From assembly GCA_046726415.1 (NCBI GenBank), contig JBKPAK010000174.1, positions 1 through 12,735 on the forward strand: a DNA stretch of 12,735 bases, read 5' to 3'. The first letter of the stretch is position 1. Every line of letters starts with the position of its first letter. Below, in pieces: positions 1-7,836 of this stretch. The notes beneath the pieces are model-generated. The model was not told the origin of the DNA and did no database searches. It was given only the letters and a program-made list of their open reading frames with translations. This DNA comes from Candidatus Methylomirabilota bacterium. Its GTDB lineage: Bacteria > Methylomirabilota > Methylomirabilia > Rokubacteriales > CSP1-6. A program made the translations under genes and the position numbers.

Positions 1-145
1 GGCGAGGCTGGCCGCACCATGCCACGGGATGTCGTGAGAGGGCACGACATGTTGTGGGCATCCCGGCCCTGGTCGGCCTGTGAGGCAAACGTCGAAAGTT
101 GCACGGCGAGCGAACGAAGTGGTTCTCCCTGGGTCTTGGCAAATC

Positions 146-162
146 CTGGCCCGTCCTTTGCT
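146..162 (+). promoter_or_regulatory. Putative sigma54 (RpoN) -24/-12 promoter
   Basis: CTGGCCCGTCCTTTGCT matches the YTGGCACG-N4-TTGCW consensus with exact GG-N10-GC spacing. It lies about 105 nt upstream of the first + strand ORF of the cluster. Confidence 0.6.
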
Positions 163-267
163 ATTCCGCCGACCGTGAGTCGTCCCGATCAGCAGCAGCC
201 CAGGCGGCCCAGGCATAGTGATTCAGGTCGGTCGATGAGCAGCTCCGCGACCCTCGGAGGTGACAGT

Positions 268-408
268 ATGAGAGACGTCCTTCCTCTGATCTGGATCATC
301 GGCCTCGCCGGCTGTACCCGCTCCATAGCGGCCACCTCCGCGGTCACGGGGACGTCTGACGCCGCCCCCGACGTCCGCCGCCTGTCCACGCGGGAGGGTC
401 ATCGGTGA
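268..408 (+). CDS. Small putative lipoprotein (46 aa) or 5' remnant of a lipoprotein gene
   Basis: GGAGGT SD precedes ATG268. MRDVLPLIWIIGLAG-C has a hydrophobic stretch and an LAGC lipobox. The TGA stop overlaps the next GTG start (GTGA, 405-408). Confidence 0.4.
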   Translation: MRDVLPLIWIIGLAGCTRSIAATSAVTGTSDAAPDVRRLSTREGHR

Positions 409-947
409 CGTGGCGCGCGGTGGTCGGGCACGAGCTCAAGGCCGTCGGTCTGGTTACCCTGTACTTTCTGTTCTGCTTCGGCACCATCCTCACCCTGAAG
501 AAGCTCTTCCTCGAAGACTATCGCATCGAAACCTATGCGCTCTCCGCGGCGGTGGTCAGTGCGATCGTCGCCGCGAAAGTCGTGGTGACCTTGGACCATA
601 CACGCGCGGGCACTCGCTTCGACGCCAGCCGCGCGCTTGTCACGGCCGTGTCATACAAGACGCTGGTCTACGGTGCGGTGGGGTTCGGTGTTCTCTTCGC
701 GGAGAAGCTCTTCCATGCCTATCGCGAAACCGGCGGGCTCGGGGTGGCCATTGCCGAGCTGTGGGCGCACCGGGACAGAAACGTAATCTTCGCCAAGGTA
801 ATCTGTGTCGGACTGACTTTTGCGGGATATCATCTCTACACTGGGATTGATCGCCGCTTAGGCGAAGGGACGCTCTGGCGCATGTTGGGCAGCCGAGCTG
901 ACCAGTCGGATGTGCACGTTGGCCAGAACAAGGTGCCTCCAAGTTAG
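405..947 (+). CDS. Hypothetical integral membrane protein (about 4 TM helices, 180 aa)
   Basis: GGAGGG SD precedes GTG405. Four hydrophobic segments: VGLVTLYFLFCFGTILTL, ALSAAVVSAIVAAKVVV, TLVYGAVGFGVLFA, VIFAKVICVGLTFAGY. Confidence 0.8.
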   Translation: MTWRAVVGHELKAVGLVTLYFLFCFGTILTLKKLFLEDYRIETYALSAAVVSAIVAAKVVVTLDHTRAGTRFDASRALVTAVSYKTLVYGAVGFGVLFAEKLFHAYRETGGLGVAIAELWAHRDRNVIFAKVICVGLTFAGYHLYTGIDRRLGEGTLWRMLGSRADQSDVHVGQNKVPPS

Positions 948-1013
948 TCTGTTCCGCTCACCTGGTGATGGCAGCCGGACAGAGTAGAAGGGCGCTGCGA
1001 AAGGAGACTGCAC

Positions 1014-1314
1014 ATGGCCGGACCCAAGAAACCCAACATTCTCGTGATCTGGGGTGACGACAGCGGTATCGCTGGCAGAGCGCGTACCACGACGTAATGA
1101 TCGACCACGACGAGCACGTGGGCGAGTTGCTGGCGCTGCTCGATGAGCTCGGCATCGCCGACACCACCTTCGTCATGTACAGCACCGACAACGGGCCGCA
1201 CATGAACTCGTGGCCGGACGCGGGGAATTCCCGCCGCGCCAGAAGGCAGCCAGCTTCACCATAGACCAGGTGGTAGAGAAGATGATGGCCGCCGCGGGCG
1301 GTGGTTGGAGGTAA
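1014..1314 (+). pseudogene. Arylsulfatase pseudogene reduced to three out-of-frame fragments
   Basis: AAGGAG SD and ATG1014 give MAGPKKPNILVIWGDD (sulfatase N-terminal metal-binding motif). A second frame at 1070-1224 gives RWQSAYHDVMIDHDEHVGELLALLDELGIADTTFVMYSTDNGPHMNSWPDAG (DNG motif). A third frame at 1225-1314 gives EFPPRQKAASFTIDQVVEKMM...*, the typical C-terminus. The catalytic Cys/Ser motif region is missing. Confidence 0.85.
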
Positions 1315-1418
1315 ATTCACGGCGTGCGTCAGCCCATCGAGGCAAACCCGCAAACTCCAGGCGACAACGCAGAGGTAGGGGAGAGCCGCCCGGCATCCTG
1401 GTCGAGGGCCCCCCGGTG

Positions 1419-1847
1419 ATGCCGGCGCTTCACCCAGAGACGCGTGCCGCCGAGCAACCGAAGGCGGACAAACCGCTGGATGCGAGCACGGACCTGGCCT
1501 TTGAGCGCTCGCGGCTGGCCTCCGAGCGCACGCTGATGGCCTGGATCCGCACCTCGCTGTCGATGATCAGCTTCGGGTTCACCATCTTCAAGTTCTTTGA
1601 GTACCTCGGCGAGTCCGGCGGCATGGAGCTACGCCGCGGACCCTTGAACTTGGGTCGGGTCATGGTGGTGTTGGGCGTGCTCTTGCTGGTGCCCGCCATC
1701 GTCCAGCACTGGCAGTTCTTGAGAGGGCTGAGCGAGCGGGCGCACCGACGGTTCCCCCCCTCACTGGCGCTCATCACCGCCGGCTTGATCCAGCTCATCG
1801 GGATCGTCGCCCTGCTGAGTTTGTTCCTCCGCTTGGGCCCCTTCTGA
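1419..1847 (+). CDS. DUF202 / YidH-family inner membrane protein
   Basis: Signature LAFERSRLASERTLMAWIRTSLSMISFGF followed by further TM helices. Start is ATG1419 or GTG1416, rather than TTG1305 which overlaps the sulfatase relic. Confidence 0.88.
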   Translation: MPALHPETRAAEQPKADKPLDASTDLAFERSRLASERTLMAWIRTSLSMISFGFTIFKFFEYLGESGGMELRRGPLNLGRVMVVLGVLLLVPAIVQHWQFLRGLSERAHRRFPPSLALITAGLIQLIGIVALLSLFLRLGPF

Positions 1848-1977
1848 CGGAGGCCCGGAGAAAGCAGGTCGACACGGCCATCGCGCCGGTCGCCGCGGCC
1901 CGTGCGCCGTGTGCGATGTGGTTCAGCGACAGCCAATACCTCTGACTCATCACGATTGGGGAAGCGATGACGAATTC

Positions 1978-2262
1978 GAGGGGATTCATCTCATGATCGG
2001 GCGCCGGCCGTACGCGGCGTTCGGCAACTCGACCGGCGACCGGCAGATGCTCGAGTACACCCAGGCCGGCGACGGTGCTCGGCTCGCCATGTTGGTTCTG
2101 CACGACGATGCCAAGCGGGAGTACGCCTACGGACCGGCCCAAGGGCTGCCCGACACCAAGGTCGGCACCTTCACCCAGGCGCTGTACGACGAGGCGAAGA
2201 GGAAGGGCTGGGTCGTCATCAGCATGAAGAACGACTGGAAGCGCATCTTCGCGTTCGAGTAG
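1978..2262 (+). pseudogene. 3' fragment of a HAD-family hydrolase (acid phosphatase-like)
   Basis: GIHLMIGRRPYAAFGNSTGDRQMLEYT...LVLHDDAKREYAY...GWVVISMKNDWKRIF is the recognisable C-terminal part (GNSxGD motif). The N-terminal DxD motif is absent and the upstream in-frame sequence is unrelated. Confidence 0.75.
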
Positions 2263-2280
2263 TGAGCGCGCGCGTCGCCG

Positions 2281-3210
2281 GTGAAGCGAATGCAGCGGCG
2301 GACGGCCATAGTCGCCGTGATTCTCTGCCTCCTCGCCACGCCAGCCGCCGTCAGGGCGCAGAGCGCGGCCACTCTCGCGGAACTCGCTCCCCGCCTCTCC
2401 CTGGGAGACGCGGGGCTTGCTCCAGGTCGGGATGCCGCCACCCATTCTCCGGCGACCAGTACGGAGACTTTCCCCGGGCGTGAGCGCGTCGAACCGAGGG
2501 GCTACTCGGTTGAAGAGGTGCTCGATCCGATCCCGCTGACCTCATCACTCACCGCGCAGCCGACGTATCAGCAGCTCGCGAATGGCGGCTTTAACGCCTA
2601 CATCAAGTTCAGGCCCATTCTCATCGTCGAGTCCGGGCTGCCTCTCTTCACGCGCATCGAGTGGCCAGCTCCCCAGGTCGACGACGAGAACGGCCCCACC
2701 AACGTTGGGGTCGGTGACCTCAGCTGGCTCACTCTGTTCCTCGTCGGAGGCTCGGAGGGGTGGGGAGTGTTCGGTCTGAGCCCCGTCTTCGTGTTTCCGA
2801 CGGCCTCGCACTCGGAGATGGGGCAGGGCAAGTACCAGGTCGGCCCGGCGCTGGGCTACGTGAACCGGGCGGTGTCAGGCTGGCAGCTCGCGCTGCTCGT
2901 CCAGCAGTTCTTCTCGTTTGCGGGTGACCCGCAGCGCGCGAGCGTCAATCAGCTCACCCTGCAGCCCTTTGTCACCAAGCTGCTCCCCGATTCGTGGTAC
3001 GTGGGGACCCAGCCGACCATTACCGTGGATTTTGCCAAGGGCACAAGCAGCGTTCCGCTCGACCTCGTCGTCGGCAAGGTCCTTGGCGGTCGGTGGAACC
3101 TCAACGTGAAGGCGACCGTGTATCCTCGCTGGACGTCACCACCGACAAAGGACTACGAGCTGACCCTCAGCATCGGGTACCACTTCCCGGCCCTCTCGCC
3201 CAGGCAGTAG
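2281..3210 (+). CDS. Secreted / putative outer-membrane beta-barrel protein (309 aa)
   Basis: Signal peptide (MKRMQRRTAIVAVILCLLATPAAVRA). GVGD and FPTA...GQGKYQVGP motifs, amphipathic aromatic-rich strands, and a C-terminal LSIGYHF resembling a beta-signal. Confidence 0.7.
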   Translation: MKRMQRRTAIVAVILCLLATPAAVRAQSAATLAELAPRLSLGDAGLAPGRDAATHSPATSTETFPGRERVEPRGYSVEEVLDPIPLTSSLTAQPTYQQLANGGFNAYIKFRPILIVESGLPLFTRIEWPAPQVDDENGPTNVGVGDLSWLTLFLVGGSEGWGVFGLSPVFVFPTASHSEMGQGKYQVGPALGYVNRAVSGWQLALLVQQFFSFAGDPQRASVNQLTLQPFVTKLLPDSWYVGTQPTITVDFAKGTSSVPLDLVVGKVLGGRWNLNVKATVYPRWTSPPTKDYELTLSIGYHFPALSPRQ

Positions 3211-3412
3211 CCGGAGGCCCACGCTCGAACGCACCGCGCGGGAAGTAGTAATCTCGAAGCCCGACGCCTGCGGCGTGTACCATCGGCAGCGCGACTGACA
3301 GCGCCGACCAGAGCCGGCGCTTCAGAGGGCGGCTCACTAGCGGCGGCGACTTCAGGCGCCGGCTACGGGCAACAAGAACTCGCGGCCAGGGCGGACAATC
3401 GAGGGGGCACGC

Positions 3413-3560
3413 ATGACACGAATGCTGGCGGCACTGCTGGTGGGGGCCATGGTGGTCTGGTGCCCCGATTCGGCCGATCCCAGGATCTGGGCAACCTCTT
3501 CCGGAAGGTGAATTCGTCGGTGGTCGTCATCAGAGCCAGGGGGCGCGACGTCGGTGAGAA
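3413..3560 (+). pseudogene. 5' remnant of a secreted trypsin-like (HtrA/DegP-type) serine protease
   Basis: GAGGGGG SD and ATG3413 give a signal peptide (MTRMLAALLVGAMVVW). After a frameshift near 3478 the sequence reads QDLGNLFRKVNSSVVVIRARGRDV, resembling the VxPSVVxI start of HtrA protease domains. No GSG, catalytic His or catalytic Ser motif follows. Confidence 0.45.
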
Positions 3561-3817
3561 TGCGTTTCCAGGTGTCGCCGTCCCGTCGCGGGGCGCTCGC
3601 CCTATGAGCAACACGTGCGGAGCGGGTCGCCTCTCGGCTACCATCCTGGGGTGCCGACCACCAGAACCGTCGCCACCAACGGGAGCTGCGGTGAGCCAGT
3701 CTGGTTCTATGGGAGGCATCGCGGTTCTCCGCCGAATGGAAGCGGTGTTCCGGGCGATCGCCGTGCGGATCTGACTTCAGGGTGGCGGTGACGGAGAGAT
3801 GGGTCTAGGAGGCATTT

Positions 3818-4348
3818 ATGGAGTTTGATCGGCGATCCAGCGACACCTTTCCCTTCCACGATCCCGAGGAGACCGAGCGGGCCCAAGTTGGCGCGACCGC
3901 ACCCTCCCGAGATGCTCGGGTAAGGCATCTGGAGCGAGTCCCGCTCTTCAGCGGATTCACCGAGGACGAGCTGCGCCGCGTCGCCGACCTCTCGAAGATC
4001 CTCGAGGTTCCCGCGGGAACCATCGTGACGCAGATGGGAGGCGCGGGGGATTCGTTTTTCATCATCATCGACGGCACGGTGGCCGTGCGAACCCCGGTCG
4101 GAGTCGGCGGTCAGATGCAACCGGGTGACTTCTTTGGCGAGATGAGCCTGCTCGACGGGGAACCGAGATCGGCAACGATCACCGCGACGACTGATGTGCG
4201 ACTGCTTGTCGTGGACCGGCTCCACTTCTGGCGACTGCTGGATGAGACGCCAGACCTGATCAGACGGATTCTCACCGTCCTGTCACGGCGCGTGCGGCGT
4301 CTCGAGCAGGCAGTGAATGCCATACTCAGCGGCACGAAGCAGACCTGA
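3818..4348 (+). CDS. Stand-alone cyclic nucleotide-binding (cNMP/CAP_ED) domain protein
   Basis: AGGAGG SD. Motifs LERVPLFSGF, GDSFFIIIDGTV and PGDFFGEMSLLDGEPRSATITA (phosphate-binding cassette), plus the C-helix. There is no Crp HTH domain. Confidence 0.92.
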   Translation: MEFDRRSSDTFPFHDPEETERAQVGATAPSRDARVRHLERVPLFSGFTEDELRRVADLSKILEVPAGTIVTQMGGAGDSFFIIIDGTVAVRTPVGVGGQMQPGDFFGEMSLLDGEPRSATITATTDVRLLVVDRLHFWRLLDETPDLIRRILTVLSRRVRRLEQAVNAILSGTKQT

Positions 4349-4379
4349 GCGCGCGCCGTGAAGCCTCTCTGGAGAGATC

Positions 4380-4571
4380 ATGAGCCCGCGACGACTCCCC
4401 ACCATGGTGAGAACGCTGCGTGAGCCAAGAGGGATGACACAGTTCGACCTGGCGAGGAAGGCCAACGTAGTAGCGCAGGGATATCTGGGTGACCTGGGCA
4501 AGGCGGAGCTGGCGAGATCCCTGGAGAGAGGCCAGGGCCAACGTCGTGGCGCTGCCGCCGAGGGAACGTGA
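4380..4571 (+). pseudogene. Degenerate XRE-family helix-turn-helix protein
   Basis: GGAGA SD. VRTLREPRGMTQFDLARKANVVAQGYLGDL resembles HTH_3 (LRxxRGMTQxxLAxKA.VxQxYxxxLE) but has substitutions and loses similarity after about 40 residues. Confidence 0.5.
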
Positions 4572-4981
4572 GGGCCCGACAGGCTATCCGCTTCGGTGTG
4601 GCGATCGGAGTCTTCGTCGCCTGCAGTACGTCACCGGCGTACTGGCAATCGAAGAGTCTGCAGCCGCTCAACGCCGGCTGGCAGCAGTTCTTCCGGGTGC
4701 AGTGGAATGCCAGCGAGTTTCAGGGCCAGCCGATCGTCGAGGGCTACATCACGAACGTCTGGGGCTTCCGGGCGCGAAGCATTCAGCTGCTCGTGAGTGG
4801 CTACGACAGCACGGGGACGCTCGTCGGCCAGCTCGTGGGCTGGGGGCCGTTTTCGATCGGGTCGGGGGAAAGAGTCTATTTCAACCTTCCGGTGCCCGCG
4901 GCGCCGACCTACGAGGTGGCGATTTTCTCGTGGACCTGGGTACTCGACGATGACGACTGGAGGGAATTCTTCTTCCGTTAG
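4568..4981 (+). CDS. Putative lipoprotein with FxLYD-like (Ig-like) domain
   Basis: GAGGG SD, GTG start overlapping the upstream stop, and lipobox FVAC. The pattern VEGYITN...IQLLVSGYDSTGTLVG...IGSGERVYF is FxLYD-like. Confidence 0.75.
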   Translation: MRARQAIRFGVAIGVFVACSTSPAYWQSKSLQPLNAGWQQFFRVQWNASEFQGQPIVEGYITNVWGFRARSIQLLVSGYDSTGTLVGQLVGWGPFSIGSGERVYFNLPVPAAPTYEVAIFSWTWVLDDDDWREFFFR

Positions 4982-5005
4982 TGGGCTGCGCAGGGGGGGC
5001 GAGTG

Positions 5006-5263
5006 ATGACGGACACAGCCATCAAGGAGCGGCGGCGGCAGAAGATTCAGGAGCGCATCACCACGCGACTTCTGCCGGCGTCCCTGGACGCAGAGGAACC
5101 GACGTGGATCCCAACACCCTACGCCCTGGGGCGCGGGCCCGCTACGTGTCACTACTGCGGTGAGGAAATCGGTGCCGAGGAAGCGCTCCTGGTCCGCGAC
5201 GGCGACCGGTGCCACCCCGCCTGCGAGGAAGGATGGCGCGAACTCGTGACCGGTGAGCGCTGA
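5006..5263 (+). CDS. Small hypothetical protein with putative Zn-binding motif
   Basis: CHYCGEEI...CHPACEEGW (CxxC ... HxxC). Start is ATG5006 or GTG5003, after a G-rich SD. Confidence 0.65.
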   Translation: MTDTAIKERRRQKIQERITTRLLPASLDAEEPTWIPTPYALGRGPATCHYCGEEIGAEEALLVRDGDRCHPACEEGWRELVTGER

Positions 5264-5299
5264 GAGGAAGACGAATCTATGCTCAGGACAACGCCCCAC

Positions 5300-5442
5300 G
5301 TGACCACCGACGCGATACGAGCGGTCGGCTGGTCCCGGCGCGGGATGCCGCCGCCGACATGATGCGCCGAATCAGAATGCGAACATCCAGTCGCGCGTTC
5401 GCTGCGCGCCAACGCGTCGAAGTCAGGGTACTTGTCGGCCAT
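5300..5442 (-). pseudogene. 5' remnant of a poly-gamma-glutamate hydrolase (DUF867/YjqB-like) gene
   Basis: MADKYPDFDALARSERA resembles the family N-terminus. The downstream AHHVGGGIP is a degraded APHGGGIEPGT motif, and similarity then ends. Confidence 0.5.
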
Positions 5443-5576
5443 GGCGGAGTTTCAGCTAGTACCTCACTGTTTCGCGTGTTCTTGTCATTGCGTGAGTCTG
5501 GATCTATCGTCCGACCTGAGGAATGTGAAGTCCTTCATGGGCAGGGCGCTACCATCGGACGCTTGGAGATTGAATC

Positions 5577-6378
5577 ATGGCCGGCACCCCGCGGTTCTTC
5601 TGGGATCCGCATGAATTCAAAGGCAAGCGCGTTCTCGTGACGGGCGGTACCAAAGGCATGGGCGAAGCCACCGTGCGGCGTCTCGCTGCCGGCGGAGCCA
5701 GGGTGGCCACCACCGCGCGCTCGCCTCTGCTGGAAGGCCAGATGCCCGACCTGTTCGTGCAGGCCGACATCGGCACGCCGCAGGGTGTCGGGAGAGTCCT
5801 GGGCGAGGTCCTGGACCGCTTGGGCGGCGTGGACATCCTGGTCAACAATGTCGGCGGCTCGTCGGCGCCCGCCGGCGGCGTGTTGGCCCTGTCCGATGAG
5901 GATTGGCAAGCAACGCTCGACGCGAATCTGCTCTGCGCCGTCCGGCTCGACCGCGGTGTGCTGCCTGGGATGCTGGAACGCAAATCCGGCGTCATCGTCC
6001 ACATCTCGTCCATCCAGCGTCGCTTGCCGCTGTTCGAGGCGACGCTCGCCTACGCCGCAGCTAAAGCGGCCCTGACCACCTGCAGCAAGGGGCTGTCGAA
6101 GGAAGTCGGTCCCCGCGGCATCCGCGTGAACACGGTCGCGCCCGGCTTCATCGAAACGACGGCCGCGCATCGCTTGATCACCCGGCTGGCGGAACAAGCT
6201 GGAATCGACGAGGACGCTTCCCGGCAGCGCTTGATGGATTCGCTCGGTGGGATCCCGATCGGTCGTCCGGCCGCCCCGAGGAGGTCGCCGAACTGGTCGC
6301 GTTCCTGGTTTCCGAGCGGGCCGCGTCCATTCATGGCAGTGAGTACGTCATCGACGGCGGCACGTTCCAGCGATCTGA
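5577..6378 (+). pseudogene. Short-chain dehydrogenase/reductase (SDR) with 3' frameshifts
   Basis: Motifs TGGTKGMG (Rossmann), DILVNNVG, YAAAK (catalytic) and IRVNTVAPG. After GRPA (about 6270-6277) the conserved [29 protein letters not shown] continues in another frame. A second apparent 1-nt loss near 6364 would restore ...GTVPAI-TGA (6376-6378). Confidence 0.85.
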
Positions 6379-6433
6379 TCATGAGGGAGCGTAGGACGCG
6401 ACAACCCCACCGCGACCGCCGGATCCGCCGTCG

Positions 6434-6943
6434 CTATCGATCGAATGCCCATCGCGTCGTGCTTCGGGGGAAAGTCCTCTCGAGGACCCCGAACGCCACC
6501 CGTGGGCGCACCTCATAGATAGGGCCCATGTTGGGATCTAGCTTCCACGGGTGGTACTTCCGCTGATACGGCCGGGCGAGGCGCGCGACCGTGGCGGGGT
6601 CGCTGACTTCGAAGGCGGTGCCTTCCACGATAACCGCTGCCTCGGCCCGCTCGCTGCAAACCACGCACCTGGGGTTGCCCGCGAGGTTCCGCGCCTTCCG
6701 GGACTGCCGCCCGGTGGAGAAGTAGAATCGATCGTCCAGCCAGAGACCCCACAGGGGCATGGCATGCGGTGCGCCGTCGGGTCGAGTGGTGATGATCCAG
6801 TAATTGTGTGAGCGCCGGAGGCGGTCGGCCGCCCACTGCCAGCGCAGCAATCCACGGCGTGACCTGGGCAGCCCATACCCGGGCATGTGGGGACGGCTCG
6901 CCGTCGGCGGCCGGGACTTCCTCCGGCTCTTCGCAGTGGCCAA
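6434..6943 (-). CDS. Pyridoxamine 5'-phosphate oxidase-like (FMN/F420-binding split barrel) protein
   Basis: SRPHMPGYG...LRRSHNYWIITTRPDGAPHAMPLWGLW...FYFSTGRQSRKARNLAGNPRCVV. Probable start is TTG6943, behind AAGGGAGGG. Confidence 0.88.
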   Translation of the reverse strand: MATAKSRRKSRPPTASRPHMPGYGLPRSRRGLLRWQWAADRLRRSHNYWIITTRPDGAPHAMPLWGLWLDDRFYFSTGRQSRKARNLAGNPRCVVCSERAEAAVIVEGTAFEVSDPATVARLARPYQRKYHPWKLDPNMGPIYEVRPRVAFGVLERTFPRSTTRWAFDR

Positions 6944-7065
6944 GCTCCCTCCCTTCGTCTCGGGCTCGGGCCTGATGTCTGTCGATGGTGATCGGAACGA
7001 TGCTCCCACCGCCCGACGAGAGGGCGGTCGGGGCCATGTATATTCGATGAATCTGCGAGCCGGTT

Positions 7066-7773
7066 GTGAAGCCGAATTCGCTCGGCGGTTTCGAGGTCCT
7101 GACGGTGCGCGGCGCTCCGGTGCCCACGAGTCCGCAGTCAGGCCACGGCGGAGGCGCTTCCAGGAGTCGCGAGACGCCGACGGCATCCGCGATCCTCCTG
7201 GCTATTCTGACCGCGGCGTGCGCGACGGCCGGGGCCGCCCATGTGACCGTCGGCACGACCTTGACGCCTGCGCAGGAGGCCGGGCTGGCCGACGTGAAAG
7301 CCTTCGTGGAGACTGCGGCACAAGCCTACCAGGTGCAGCCGCCTGCGATCATGGTTGCCGACCATGCCTGGGAGGCCACGGCCGGCGCCGTGTATAGACG
7401 CGGCGTGATCGTCTTCACCGGCCGCATGCTGACGAGTCCCTCACGCGACAAGGCCACCGCCCACGAACTGGGCCACTATTTTCTCCGGCACGACCAGCCG
7501 TCATCCCGCCCCTCGGAGGAAATCGAGCATCAGGCCAACATCGAGGCCGTCCGCATCCTGCAGACGGCCAAGGGGTTGTCCGAGGAGGCGGCCCTGCGGG
7601 TGGTGGTGGAGGCCCTCGACCGCACGCACGGCGCGGTCAAGGCGGGAGCGGGGCTCACCCGAGGACACGCCCATCCCTGCGAGGAGATCCGGGCCGTCGT
7701 GGCCGCCTATCCGGCTCAGCGCGCGTGGACCGCGACCCTCGAGTGCGTGCCGACACAGTGGGGACAGCGCTGA
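7066..7773 (+). CDS. Exported zinc metallopeptidase (HExxH; M48/ImmA-IrrE-like), possibly a lipoprotein
   Basis: AHELGH followed by EHQANIEAV (third-ligand Glu motif). The hydrophobic ASAILLAILTAAC segment looks lipobox-like. The start codon is uncertain (GTG 7066, 7105 or 7120). Confidence 0.75.
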   Translation: MKPNSLGGFEVLTVRGAPVPTSPQSGHGGGASRSRETPTASAILLAILTAACATAGAAHVTVGTTLTPAQEAGLADVKAFVETAAQAYQVQPPAIMVADHAWEATAGAVYRRGVIVFTGRMLTSPSRDKATAHELGHYFLRHDQPSSRPSEEIEHQANIEAVRILQTAKGLSEEAALRVVVEALDRTHGAVKAGAGLTRGHAHPCEEIRAVVAAYPAQRAWTATLECVPTQWGQR

Positions 7774-7836
7774 CGCGGCCGACGAGTAGTTGTTGAGCTG
7801 GATGTCCTGGTATGTCGCCCTGCGCGTCGCCGCGGC

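Noticed and set aside
1340-1385. GGCAAACC...CGCAAA, reminiscent of a c-di-GMP-I riboswitch
   Set aside because: The GNRA-capped P2 stem between the motifs and a convincing P1 are absent.
2263-4364. TGAGCGCGCGC...GTGAAGC after two gene ends (2263 and 4346)
   Set aside because: Short, low-complexity GC sequence, expected by chance in this composition.
5482-5494. 13-mer TTGTCATTGCGTG identical to minus-strand 10681-10669 in the element's promoter
   Set aside because: One or more 13-bp matches are expected by chance in a 12.7-kb two-strand comparison, and there is no flanking similarity.
6270-6280. Programmed ribosomal frameshift in the SDR
   Set aside because: There is no canonical slippery heptamer, and a second indel plus neighbouring pseudogenes favour decay or sequencing error.
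7008-7028. ACCGCCC/GGGCGGT hairpin between divergent genes
   Set aside because: Only 7 bp in GC-rich DNA, with no adjacent U-tract, and not at a gene 3' end.
6944-7186. N-terminal extension of the PPOX-family ORF to 7186
   Set aside because: It is Arg/Pro/Ser-rich sequence without family similarity, overlaps the divergent peptidase gene, and a good SD sits at TTG6943.
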